A DNA stretch of 64,000 nt, from contig CAWAWS010000019.1 of assembly GCA_963785725.1 (NCBI GenBank), positions 132,323-196,322 on the forward strand, in the 5' to 3' direction. The stretch is from an uncultured delta proteobacterium (GTDB taxonomy: Bacteria > Myxococcota_A > Polyangia > Palsa-1104). The translations under genes were made by a program, and so were the position numbers. Below, piece by piece: positions 29,862 to 41,361 of this stretch. The notes below the pieces were generated by a model. That model saw only the letters and a list, made by a program, of their open reading frames with translations, searched no databases and had not been told where the DNA came from. The first letter of the stretch is position 1. Every line of letters begins with the position of its first letter.

Positions 29862-31223
29862 ATGAAGCTCGCGGCCACCTTGCGCGGTACCACCTTTCGG
29901 TTCGCGGATCTGAAAGAGGTGCTGGCCAAGGCCAACGAGGAGAAGTCGGGCGACAAGCTGGCCGGCGTCGCGGCCGCTTCGGCGACGGAGCGCGTGGCGG
30001 CCAAGCTGGTGCTGTCGGAAGTGACGCTGCAGGAGCTGCGCGACAATCCGGCCGTGCCGTATGACGACGACGCCGTGACGCGGCTGATTCAGGACGATCT
30101 GAATCTGCCGATCTTCGAGTCGGTGCGCCATTGGACGGTGGCCAAGCTGCGCGAGCACGTCATCGACGACCAAGTGACCGGTCCCGAGCTGTTGCGGCTG
30201 TCGCGCGGGCTGACGTCGGAGATGATCGCGGCCTGCGCCAAGCTGATGTCGAACCTCGATCTCATCGTCGCTGCGCGCAAGATTCGCGTGGTCGTGCACT
30301 GCAACAACACGCTCGGGCTGCAAGGTCGGCTCGGCTCGCGCTTGCAGCCGAACCATCCGTCGGACGACATCGACGGCATCCTCGCGTCGCTCAAAGAGGG
30401 CGTCAGCTTCGGCGTCGGCGACGCGGTCTTCGGCATCAACCCGGTGACCGACAATCCCGAGCAGACGCGCAAGATCCTCGATGCCACGCATCAGTTCATT
30501 CGCGAATGGCGCATTCCCACGCAGAACTGCTGCTTGGCGCACGTGACCACGCAGATGAAGGCGCTCGAAGCCGGCGCCAAGCTCGATTTAATGTTTCAGT
30601 CGATCGCGGGAACAGAGAAAGCAATGACCTCGTTTGGCGTCACGTTGCCGCTTTTACAAGAAGCGTGGGACATGACGAAGACGCTCGGCCAGGCGACGGG
30701 GCCGAACGTCATGTACTTCGAGACCGGGCAAGGCTCTGCTCTCTCGGCGGACGCGCATCACGGTGTCGATCAGCAGACGCTCGAGGCGCGCAATTACGGC
30801 TTGGCCCGCCACTTCTCGCCCTTCCTCGTCAACACGGTCGTCGGCTTCATCGGACCCGAATACCTATATGACGCGAGACAGATCACGCGAGCCGGACTGG
30901 AAGATCATTTCTGCGGCAAGCTACATGGCATTCCCATGGGCTGCGACGCCTGCTACACCAATCACGCGGACGCCGATCAGAACGACCTCGAGAATCTCGA
31001 AGTCTTGTTGGCGTCGGCGGGATGCAACTTCTTCATGGGACTGCCCATGGGCGACGACGTGATGCTCAACTACCAAAGCACTTCCTTTCATGACGACGCG
31101 ACACTGCGCCAGCTACTTGGCCTTCGACCTGCACCAGAGTACGAGGCGTGGCTCGAAGAGATGGGCATCATGAGGGACGGGAAGCTGACGGCGAAAGCCG
31201 GCGACCCGAGCATATTCGGGTGA
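29862..31223 (+). CDS. eutB: Ethanolamine ammonia-lyase, large subunit
   Basis: RLQPNHP.DD, YFETGQGSALS, NTVVGFIGPEYL, GLEDHFCGKL and DVMLNYQSTSFHD motifs. Confidence 0.97.
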   Translation: MKLAATLRGTTFRFADLKEVLAKANEEKSGDKLAGVAAASATERVAAKLVLSEVTLQELRDNPAVPYDDDAVTRLIQDDLNLPIFESVRHWTVAKLREHVIDDQVTGPELLRLSRGLTSEMIAACAKLMSNLDLIVAARKIRVVVHCNNTLGLQGRLGSRLQPNHPSDDIDGILASLKEGVSFGVGDAVFGINPVTDNPEQTRKILDATHQFIREWRIPTQNCCLAHVTTQMKALEAGAKLDLMFQSIAGTEKAMTSFGVTLPLLQEAWDMTKTLGQATGPNVMYFETGQGSALSADAHHGVDQQTLEARNYGLARHFSPFLVNTVVGFIGPEYLYDARQITRAGLEDHFCGKLHGIPMGCDACYTNHADADQNDLENLEVLLASAGCNFFMGLPMGDDVMLNYQSTSFHDDATLRQLLGLRPAPEYEAWLEEMGIMRDGKLTAKAGDPSIFG

Positions 31224-32074
31224 AGCGCTCCTTCGCGACCATCGCGATCATCGTCGGCGTCGGCTGCGCGGCGGGCGTGCCCGAGATCAAGACGGCGGCG
31301 TCGTCGTCGTCGCGGCCGGTGGTGGCGCGCGAGCGTTCGCCCGAGGTCGAGCTGTTCTACAAAGGCGACGAGCCGTGGGCGCGGCGCGGCTCCGAAGAGT
31401 GGTCGCTCGGCGACGTGCGCAAGGCCGAGATGGTCTTCTCGCCCGACGGCAAGCGCTTCGCTTACGTGCGCGTCAAGGCGCAGGCTTCGGCGGGCAAAGG
31501 CGCGGCGGCGTCGGCGCACGTGTTGGTGCGCAACTTGGCGGGCGATCCCGTCAACGACTTCAACGTCTTTCGCCCGGGAACGCCCGATCAGCTGAGCTGG
31601 ATCGACAACCGGCGCCTCGGCTACTTGGCGCCGGCCGAGCCGGGCAAGAAGTCGAGCACCTACGTCGTGCACGACGCCGACACCGGCGAGGTCTTGGCCG
31701 CGCGCGCCGGCTCCGAGTTCATTTGGGATCGCGAGCATCGTCACGTCGCCTTCTTGACCGGCGCGCCCGGCAAGCAGGCGCTCGTCGTCGACGGCAAGAA
31801 CGTCTGGCCGCGCACCGGGTTGAGCCGCTTGCACGGCGAGCCGTCGTGGAGCTCGGACGGCCACGGCGTCGCCATCGTCGACGAGGCCAACGGCGCGCCC
31901 AAGCTCGTCGTGTGCGTCGAATACGACGATCCGCAGGGCGATCTGAGCTGGCCCGTGCCGCGCGACGCGTTGGCGCCCGGCCTCAAGGTCTTCTGGGCCA
32001 GCGACAGCAAAGTCATCATCGGCGAGAGCTCGCTGAAGCCCAAGTTCGCCGCCGGCTGGGAGCGCTTGCAGTAG
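31220..32074 (+). CDS. Lipoprotein with TolB/WD40-like beta-propeller motifs
   Basis: VGVG-C lipobox; FSPDGKRFAY and PSWSSDG motifs. Confidence 0.7.
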   Translation: MKRSFATIAIIVGVGCAAGVPEIKTAASSSSRPVVARERSPEVELFYKGDEPWARRGSEEWSLGDVRKAEMVFSPDGKRFAYVRVKAQASAGKGAAASAHVLVRNLAGDPVNDFNVFRPGTPDQLSWIDNRRLGYLAPAEPGKKSSTYVVHDADTGEVLAARAGSEFIWDREHRHVAFLTGAPGKQALVVDGKNVWPRTGLSRLHGEPSWSSDGHGVAIVDEANGAPKLVVCVEYDDPQGDLSWPVPRDALAPGLKVFWASDSKVIIGESSLKPKFAAGWERLQ

Positions 32075-32120
32075 CGCTCCCGTCGCGCGGTGAGCGCGTC
32101 GCGCATGGTATGATCGCGCG

Positions 32121-32906
32121 ATGGCTCGCCTCGTGGTTTGCCTCGCGGCGCTGTTCGCTGCCGCGCATCCCGCTCTCGCGCAAGACGACACGCCGACCGA
32201 GCGCGCCCGCGTGCACTTCGAAGGCGGGCATCGCCTATTACGACGAGGCGCGCTACGAAGACGCCGCGCGCGAGATGGAGACGGCGTACGGCATCAAGCC
32301 GCTGCCGGACCTGCAATACAACTTGGCGCAGTGCTACGAGCGGCTCGGTCGCTACGAGGCCGCGGCGCATGCCTACGAACGCTACCTCGGCGGCAATCCG
32401 GCGGCGCCCGATCGCCGGCTGGTGACGACGCGCATCGCCAACCTGCGCGAACGCGCGCAGGCGCAAGCCGCGGGCGCGCAGGCGCCGCCGCCGGTATCGA
32501 CCGAGAAGGTCGTGTTCAAGACGATCGTCATCTACAAAGAGGCGCCGCCACCGCCGGGACGCGGCGTGCGTTATGCGGCCTATGGCGCGGGCGTGTTGGC
32601 GTTGGCCGGGCTCGCCAGCGGCATCGCCTTCGCGGTGCTGGCGAAGCAAGAGGCCGACACGGTGACCAAAGGCGGCAGCACGTCGGCGCCGCCGGTGTTC
32701 GACGGCTCGGCGCGCGTCGCGCAATCGACCGGGCAGACCGACGTCATCGTCTCCGCCGTCAGCTTCGGCGTGGCCGCGCTCTGTGCCGGCGGCGCCGTCG
32801 GGCTCTACGTCCTCGGGCACAAGATCGACAAAGAGGCCCCCAAGCTGTCGCTGGCGCCGACATTCGCGCCCAAGCGGCCGCTTTGTCGCTGACGGGGCGC
32901 TTCTAA
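32121..32906 (+). CDS. Secreted TPR protein with C-terminal hydrophobic segments (frameshifted near 32225 and 32870)
   Basis: Signal peptide in one frame, TPR LQYNLAQCYERLGRYEAA in the next; typical myxobacterial architecture. Confidence 0.7.
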   Translation: MARLVVCLAALFAAAHPALAQDDTPTERARVHFEGGHRLLRRGALRRRRARDGDGVRHQAAAGPAIQLGAVLRAARSLRGRGACLRTLPRRQSGGARSPAGDDAHRQPARTRAGASRGRAGAAAGIDREGRVQDDRHLQRGAATAGTRRALCGLWRGRVGVGRARQRHRLRGAGEARGRHGDQRRQHVGAAGVRRLGARRAIDRADRRHRLRRQLRRGRALCRRRRRALRPRAQDRQRGPQAVAGADIRAQAAALSLTGRF

Positions 32907-34376
32907 GTGCGTCTGCAGCTAGCGTTTACAATCTTGCTCGTGGGCTGCTATCAGCCGTCGCCGCCGGCCGGCTCCTATCGCTGCGCGTCCGATGACGCCT
33001 GTCCGTCGAGCCAGCATTGCACGTGCGGCTTGTGCGTCGACCACGACGACCAGGCGGCCTGCTCGTTCACCGTCGCGGCCACGGTGGGCGACGGCGGCGT
33101 CGGCGAGCACGAGCCGTTCGCGCTGCACGTGCAAGCGCTCGCCGCCGACGGCAAGACCGCGGCCACCGGGTTCGCCGGCACGGTGACGCTGTCGTCGAGC
33201 TGGGGCGACGTGCGCGTCGCCGGCGCCGGCGCGACCTCGACGGTGACGCTGCAGGCCGGGCAAGCCGACGCGATGGTGACGTTGAACCGCGAGACCCTGC
33301 CGCCGCAAACGGCGACGGTGAGCGCGCGCTTCGGCGACAACAAAGGCGCGAGCAACAAAGTGGCCGTCACCGCCGCGCAATTCGCGCGCGCGGCCGACGC
33401 CGTCGTTCCCGTGCCGTCGGCGGCGCAGCCGTACGGGTTCGCCGACACGCTCGTCGCACAGCCCGACGTGCAGGAGACCAGCAGCGGCTGGCGCATGTAC
33501 TTCGGCGGCCTCGGCGGCGGCAGCTACATGTTCGGCGCCGCGCAGTCGAGCGACGGCATCACCTACACGCCCGTGGCCGCGACCTCGCTCTTCTCCGCCG
33601 GCGGCGCCGCGTTCGACGCCAAGCTGATCGAGTCACCGTCGGTGTTCTACACGTCGACCAGCGTCAACTTGGCCTTCTCCGGCAGCGACATGCTCTTGAA
33701 CGGCGTCAGCAGCATCGGCTTGGCCACTTCCAGCGACGGCTTGAGCCCCTTTTCGCTCGGCAGCTCGGGCCTGCCCATCCTCGCGCCCACCGATTGCGGC
33801 TACTGCGACAAAGGCGTCAGCTTTCCGGCCGTCATCGCCGATCCGGCCGCCACGCCCGCCGACGGCGGCGGCTTTCCGACCGCGTGGCTCATGTTCTTCA
33901 GCGCCAGCTCGGCCGGCACGAGCGGCGTCACCATCGGTCGCGCCAGCTCGTCCGACGGTCTGCACTTCACGCCCGAGCCGGCGCCGCTGTTGACGAGCGA
34001 GCTCGGCGGCGAAGCGGTCCTCTTGTCGCCGCGCGTCCTCGTCGACGGCACAGTGTTCAAGATGTGGTACAGCTACGCCAGCATCGTCGAGTACAAGGCC
34101 AACGATGTGTGCGGCTCGACCATCCACATCGGCTACGCCACCTCCGACGACGGCTTCTACTGGATCCGCTCGCCCTCGAACCCGCAGATGCCCATCGGCG
34201 GCGGCGGCTGGGACGGCGACATCACGGCGTTTCTCGTCGGCTCGGTCGTTCCCACCGATGGCAGCGACCCGCAAAACGGCATCACGCTCTATTATTCGAC
34301 CTTGCGCAACACGGCGACGGTGGGCGGTCTCACCTCTTGCCTCCCGAACGGCATCGGCCGCGCGACTCGGCGCTGA
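32907..34376 (+). CDS. Lipoprotein with a Cys-rich N-terminus and a glycoside-hydrolase-like beta-propeller
   Basis: LVG-C lipobox; repeated W.MY/F...IG.ATS.DG blades (GH32/43/130-like). Confidence 0.75.
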   Translation: MRLQLAFTILLVGCYQPSPPAGSYRCASDDACPSSQHCTCGLCVDHDDQAACSFTVAATVGDGGVGEHEPFALHVQALAADGKTAATGFAGTVTLSSSWGDVRVAGAGATSTVTLQAGQADAMVTLNRETLPPQTATVSARFGDNKGASNKVAVTAAQFARAADAVVPVPSAAQPYGFADTLVAQPDVQETSSGWRMYFGGLGGGSYMFGAAQSSDGITYTPVAATSLFSAGGAAFDAKLIESPSVFYTSTSVNLAFSGSDMLLNGVSSIGLATSSDGLSPFSLGSSGLPILAPTDCGYCDKGVSFPAVIADPAATPADGGGFPTAWLMFFSASSAGTSGVTIGRASSSDGLHFTPEPAPLLTSELGGEAVLLSPRVLVDGTVFKMWYSYASIVEYKANDVCGSTIHIGYATSDDGFYWIRSPSNPQMPIGGGGWDGDITAFLVGSVVPTDGSDPQNGITLYYSTLRNTATVGGLTSCLPNGIGRATRR

Positions 34377-34408
34377 CTAAGGTGCAACTTCGTGATAGAT
34401 CAGCCCCA

Positions 34409-35243
34409 ATGGAGCCGCTCTTGGATCGGAGTCGCGTCGAGCGGCTGGTGCGCGCGACCTTGGCGCAGCTCGGCTCGGCTGCGCCCGTCGACGACGGCGA
34501 GCGCGGTCTCATGTTGGCCGTCGATCGCGGCGCCAATTTGGAGCCCTTCGACGCCGAAGCGATGACGGCGATGTTGGCGTCGACGCCGGCGCGCATCGGC
34601 GTCGGTCGCGCCGGCACGCGCTATCGCACCAACACGCTCTTGCGTTTTCGCGCCGATCACGCCGCCGCCAAAGACGCGGTCATGTCGGAGGTCGACGACC
34701 AGCTGATCGCGCGGCTCGGGCTCGTCGAGCTGACGACGAAAGCGCCCGACAAGCGGATCTTCCTCGAGCGGCCCGACGCCGGCCGCGCGCTCTCCGACGA
34801 CGGCAAGCAGAAGCTGGCCGAAAAGTGCGTCAAGCAGCCGCAAGTGCAGGTCTGCTACGGCGACGGCCTGTCGGCGGCGGCGATCAACGCGCATCTGGAG
34901 GCGTTCCACGGCGCGCTCACGGCGGCGCTGCAGGCGCGCGGGCTGCGTCTCGGCACGCCCGTGTTCGTGCGCCGCTCGCGCGTCAAGGTCATGGACGAGA
35001 TCGCGCGCCTCGTCGACGCCGAAGCCTGCGTCTTCACCTGCGGCGAGCGGCCCGGCCTCGGCTTTGCCGATTCGCTTGTCGAGCTACTACATCTATCGCC
35101 CCGCGACCGGCGCCACTGATGCCGATCGCGAGGTGATCTCCAACATCAATCCGCGCGGGCTCGAGCCAACTCGAGCCGCGCAAGCCGTCGCCGAGGCGTG
35201 CACGCGCATCCTCGCTGCCAGGAAATCGGGGGTCGTATTGTGA
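34409..35243 (+). CDS. eutC: Ethanolamine ammonia-lyase, small subunit (frameshift near 35079)
   Basis: TPARIGVGRAG.RY.T, FRADHAAAKDAV, DGLSAAA, GERPGL, then ISNI in a shifted frame. Confidence 0.92.
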
Positions 35244-35270
35244 GCGAGACGAATCGTGGGGACGGCGCTC

Positions 35271-35549
35271 ATGAGCGCGACGAACAAGTGGACTTGCCCG
35301 GTGTGCGGCTACGCGGGGCTCGTCGAGCCGCCGCTCGATGTCACCGGCTCACCGACGTACAGCATCTGCCCGTGCTGCGGCACGCAGTTCGGCGCCGACG
35401 ATCTCGAGAAGCCGCACGCCGAGCTGCGCAAGGAGTGGGTGCAAGCGGGCGCGCAGTGGTGGTCGCAAAACGAGCCCGCGCCGGCCGGCTGGGACGCCAA
35501 CAGCCAGCTGCAGGCGGCCGGCTTCGGCGACGGCGGTCCGCGCAACTAA
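35271..35549 (+). CDS. Small Cys-rich CPxC/CPCC zinc-ribbon protein
   Basis: CPVCG...ICPCCGTQFG.DD...LR.EW motifs. Confidence 0.75.
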   Translation: MSATNKWTCPVCGYAGLVEPPLDVTGSPTYSICPCCGTQFGADDLEKPHAELRKEWVQAGAQWWSQNEPAPAGWDANSQLQAAGFGDGGPRN

Positions 35550-35555
35550 TCGATC

Positions 35556-36960
35556 GTGAGCGCGCGCGGCAAGGACGGCCGTTCCGCTACTTTGCGTCAA
35601 AGTGACGTAAAGTCGGCGCCGCCGCGCGGGCTCGGCCTGATCGATCTGCCGCCGCTGGTGCCCAAGGTGCTGGCGCTGCGGACGATCGCGCGCGTCGACG
35701 AGCAGCTCGCCGCCGAGTGGAAGCTGCCCGACGGCCTACGCTCGGTCGGCATGCTGACCTGCACGTCCGACGACGCCTTGTACGTCGCGCTCGACGAGGG
35801 CACGAAGGCCGCGCCCGTCGAGGTCGTGTACGCGCGATCGTTTTACGCGGGCTCGAGCTATCCGTCCGGTCCGCTGTCGGGCGAAGCGATGGGCGTGTAT
35901 GCGGCGCGCGATCCCGACGAAATCGTGGCGGCGCTCGGCGCCTGCGCGCAGACCTCGGAGCGCGAGGCGTGGTTCTACGCGGCCGATCGAGCAGCAGAAG
36001 CTGGCGTTCTTTCCGCACGTCGTGCGCGCGACCGGGCATTATCTGTCGAAGCTGGCGGGCATCGCGCCCGGCGCGCCGCTGGCGTATCTGATCGCGCCGC
36101 CGCTCGAGTCGATGATCGGCGCTCGACGCGGCGCGTCAAAGTCGGCCGACGTGCGCGTCGCCAAGTGGTTCGGCCCGCCGTCGGAGACGAACTTCGGCGG
36201 CGGCTATCTCGTCGGCGAGCTGCCGGCCTGCGAGGCGGCGGCGCGCGCGTTTGCCGCGGCCGTCGTCGATGTCGCGCGGGCGCCGCATCGACGCCGAGCG
36301 CGACGCGCGCGCCGCCGGCGAAGAGCTGGGCGCGCGCCCGCGCGGTCCGCTCGGCGCCGGCCGATATCGCGTGCTGGCGACGGGCGAGCGCCTGTACGAC
36401 AAGCCCGAGCATCTGACGCACCTCTGCCGACGACGAATCGCTCGTCGACAAGTCGCATCCGCGGCTGCCGCTGCGCGGCAAGCTCGACACGCTGCAAGGG
36501 CTCATCCTCGGCGCGCAGTGCGCCGCCGACGCCGACGGCGCGCGCGGTCTCGTCGGCGAATTGGGCGAAGCGCTGGAGCTGTGCCGCGCCATGGTCGGCG
36601 CCGAAGTGACCGGCAAGCCGCTACCCGCGTGGAAACTGGTCGGGATTGGAAGCGCCGGCGGTCCGCTATGCACTCGCACCACACGCACCGAATTATATGG
36701 CGTGCCATTCATGTTTCCCTCGGTGCGCCAGGGTCCGGTCGTGGCGCGGCTGTACACGGCGCGCGCCTATGCGCGTGAGGCCGAGCTCGCCGCCTACACG
36801 GCCTTTCCGGCGGCCGACGAACGCGCCGATCTCGAAGTTGGCGCTCAATCGACTGTCGTCGGCGCTATATTTGATGACTGTCAAATACGTCGGCGGTAAA
36901 TATCCGGGCGAGCATCGCCGCCCTGGTCCGGTCAAAGGGTGGAAGCCGCCCAAAAAATGA
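35556..36960 (+). CDS. eutL-eutT: Apparent EutL (BMC-T shell protein)-EutT (corrinoid adenosyltransferase) fusion, several indels
   Basis: EutL motifs DD..YVALDE.TK, SFYAG..GE, LAYLIAPP.E and PPSETNFGG; EutT motifs KPEHLTHL, HPR..LRGKLD.L, RE.EL and LNRLSSALY; no stop codon in any + frame across the junction. Confidence 0.75.
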
Positions 36961-37954
36961 AGCGGTCGCACAAAGAAGACAAGCTCGCCAAGGTCTACGA
37001 CGCCGAGATCTTGCCGATCTGGTCGCGTCGCTTCGGCCGGCTGCTGCTGCGCGATCTGGCGCTGCCGCCGAAGGCGATGGTGCTCGACGTCGGCTGTGGC
37101 ACCGGCTATCCGGCGCTCGAGATCTTGCGCCGCATGGACGCCGAAGGCCGCATCATCGCCATCGACGCCTCGTCGCCGATGCTCGACGAAGCGCGCGTCA
37201 AGGCCGGCCGCTTGTCGGGCAAGCGCATCTTCTTCCGCTCCGAAGCGGCGACGCCCAAGCTGACGTTCGCCGACGACGTCTACGATCTGGTCGTGTGCAA
37301 CGCCGGGCTCGACGAGATGGAGGATCCCGAAGGCGCCGTGCGCGACTTCGTGCGCGTCGCCAAGCCCGGCGGTCGCGTCGCCGTGACGATGCCGCTGGCC
37401 GGCACCTTCAACGAGTTCTACGACCTGTTTCGCGAGGTGCTGCACAAGCTCGACCGCGGCGACGCGCTCGATCGCCTCGAAGAATATCTGGCGCAACAGC
37501 CGCCGCTCGAGCAGCTGGAAGCGTGGCTGGAAGACGCCGGGCTCGTCGATCTGAAGACGGAATACGACAGCTTCACGCTGCTCTTCAAGTCGAGCCGCGA
37601 GTTCTTCTTCGCGCCGCTCATCGAATACGGCCCGCTGTCGGAGTGGAAGGCGATCGCCGGCAAAGGTCAGCAGATGCAGGACGTCTTCTGGCACTTGAAG
37701 GCGGCCATCGACACCTATTTCGCCGGCCGTCCGTTCGCGGTCACCGTCGAGGCCGGCTGCGTGCGCGGGCGTAAGGCGCTGGCGGCCGAGGCGCGCCTCC
37801 TGCTCGATCGCGACGCGCTCGACGAGGACGATCGGCAGACGGGCGAGGTCGAGCTGGTGACGGGCGACTTCGACGTCATCGCCGAGCTGGAAAAGCAGGA
37901 GCGCGCGACCGACGAAGAGGGCGTCGACGACGACGAGCCGGAGGAGCCGATCCT

Positions 37955-37958
<4 letters not shown>
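36957..37958 (+). CDS. Class I SAM-dependent methyltransferase with an acidic tail
   Basis: VLDVGCGTG and RVAKPGG motifs. Confidence 0.85.
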
Positions 37959-39990
<2,032 letters not shown>

Positions 39991-40031
39991 CCGATCCTTG
40001 ATCCCGAAAGTGGCCGGCTTATGACGACCAC

Positions 40032-40349
40032 GTGGACGATACGCTAGCTCCATTCGAAGAGCGTATGCGGGGGTTGCGGGCGGGGTTCGTCGCCGGCTTG
40101 CCGGCACGTCTGGATGCGATGCGGCTGGCACAGCGCACCGAAGACCGCTCGACGCTGCAGCGCGAAGCGCACCGGCTGTCCGGTACAGGGCTGTCCTACG
40201 GTTTCCCCCAGCTGACGGTCTGGGGCCGCGAGGTCGAGCATCGTTGCAAGGGAGGCGAGCCGCTGGCCGCGATCGGCCTCGACCTCGAGCGACTGGCGGA
40301 CATGATCGCCTCGCTCATCGCCGAGCCGATGCCGGCTCCAAGCCAGTAG
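40032..40349 (+). CDS. Stand-alone Hpt (histidine phosphotransfer) protein
   Basis: AHRLSGTGLSYGF motif. Confidence 0.82.
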   Translation: MDDTLAPFEERMRGLRAGFVAGLPARLDAMRLAQRTEDRSTLQREAHRLSGTGLSYGFPQLTVWGREVEHRCKGGEPLAAIGLDLERLADMIASLIAEPMPAPSQ

Positions 40350-41240
40350 CTACTTCAGTCGCAGGATGAAGTCGGCCACGTCGTTCCACGCCGGACGCAC
40401 GCGTTCGTCGAGCACCAGCTCCATATGGCCGGGATCGAACGCCAGGCCGCTCTGCCGGCCGACGACGTGGAACTCGGCGCGCGCGACCGGCGCCACGAAG
40501 CCGCGCGCGTCGGCCGGCGGCGACAGCAGGCGATCGCCGGCGCCGACCATCGCCAGGAGCGGCTGGCGCAGCCGCGGCAGCTGCGCGAAGTAGTCGAAGC
40601 CGTCGCGCGCATGCCAGCCGAGCCGCCGCGCGTTGCGCACGAAGTCGCGCACGTAGCCGGCCGCTTCGTCGTCGCTGCCGAGGCCCAGTCGCCGCACCGG
40701 CAGGCGGCCGGCGGCGCGCGTCGTCAGCCCCATCAGCTCGATGAGCGCGCGCTTGGCGGCGTGATCGATTGGCCGCCGCGCCCAGTCAGGATTGGGCACG
40801 CTGCACGCGAGCAGCACCAAGCCGTCGACGGGCGCGCTCGGGTGGCGCAGCACGTGGCCGAGCGCGACGTGCGAGAACAGGCTGTGGCCGACGCAGACCA
40901 GCGGCAGCCCGGCGAAGCGTTGGCGCGCGAACGTGATGAGCGCGGGCGCGTCGTGCTCGATGAGATCGTCGTAGCTCCAGCGGCCGCCTTCGCCGGCGCG
41001 CGGGCCGGAGCCACCGTGGCCGCGCAGATCGGCGACGACGCAGGCGATGCCGCGCACCGCCAAATGCGCGACGAAGCCGGCGCCGCGCGGCTTGTCGAGC
41101 GTGCGCCGGTCGACCATCATCGCGTGGCTGACGACGGCGACGGCCCGCGGCTTGGCGGCGACGACGACCTCGCCGCGTAAGGTCCAACCATCGGCGCAGA
41201 CGACCTCGAACGGCTCCCGAACATCGCGCAGCGTGGCCAC
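40350..41240 (-). CDS. Alpha/beta hydrolase
   Basis: DLRGHGGS, GHSL nucleophile elbow, GAGD and GH.. motifs. Confidence 0.85.
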   Translation of the reverse strand: MATLRDVREPFEVVCADGWTLRGEVVVAAKPRAVAVVSHAMMVDRRTLDKPRGAGFVAHLAVRGIACVVADLRGHGGSGPRAGEGGRWSYDDLIEHDAPALITFARQRFAGLPLVCVGHSLFSHVALGHVLRHPSAPVDGLVLLACSVPNPDWARRPIDHAAKRALIELMGLTTRAAGRLPVRRLGLGSDDEAAGYVRDFVRNARRLGWHARDGFDYFAQLPRLRQPLLAMVGAGDRLLSPPADARGFVAPVARAEFHVVGRQSGLAFDPGHMELVLDERVRPAWNDVADFILRLK

Positions 41241-41296
41241 GCCGCATCGATAGCACGACCGGCGTCGCTGGTGAATGACGATGCCGCGGCGCGTGA

Positions 41297-41347
41297 TTGA
41301 CAAAGAGTCGGGACCTGTTATGAAGTTTCAAAAGTTATTGAAACTTC
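41297..41347 (+). promoter_or_regulatory. Promoter with an overlapping inverted-repeat operator for the menaquinone operon
   Basis: TTGACA at 41297, TG-n-TATGAA at ~41319, perfect IR GAAGTTTCAA-N6-TTGAAACTTC at 41322-41347. Confidence 0.65.
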
Positions 41348-41361
41348 CGAGAGGCGCGTCT

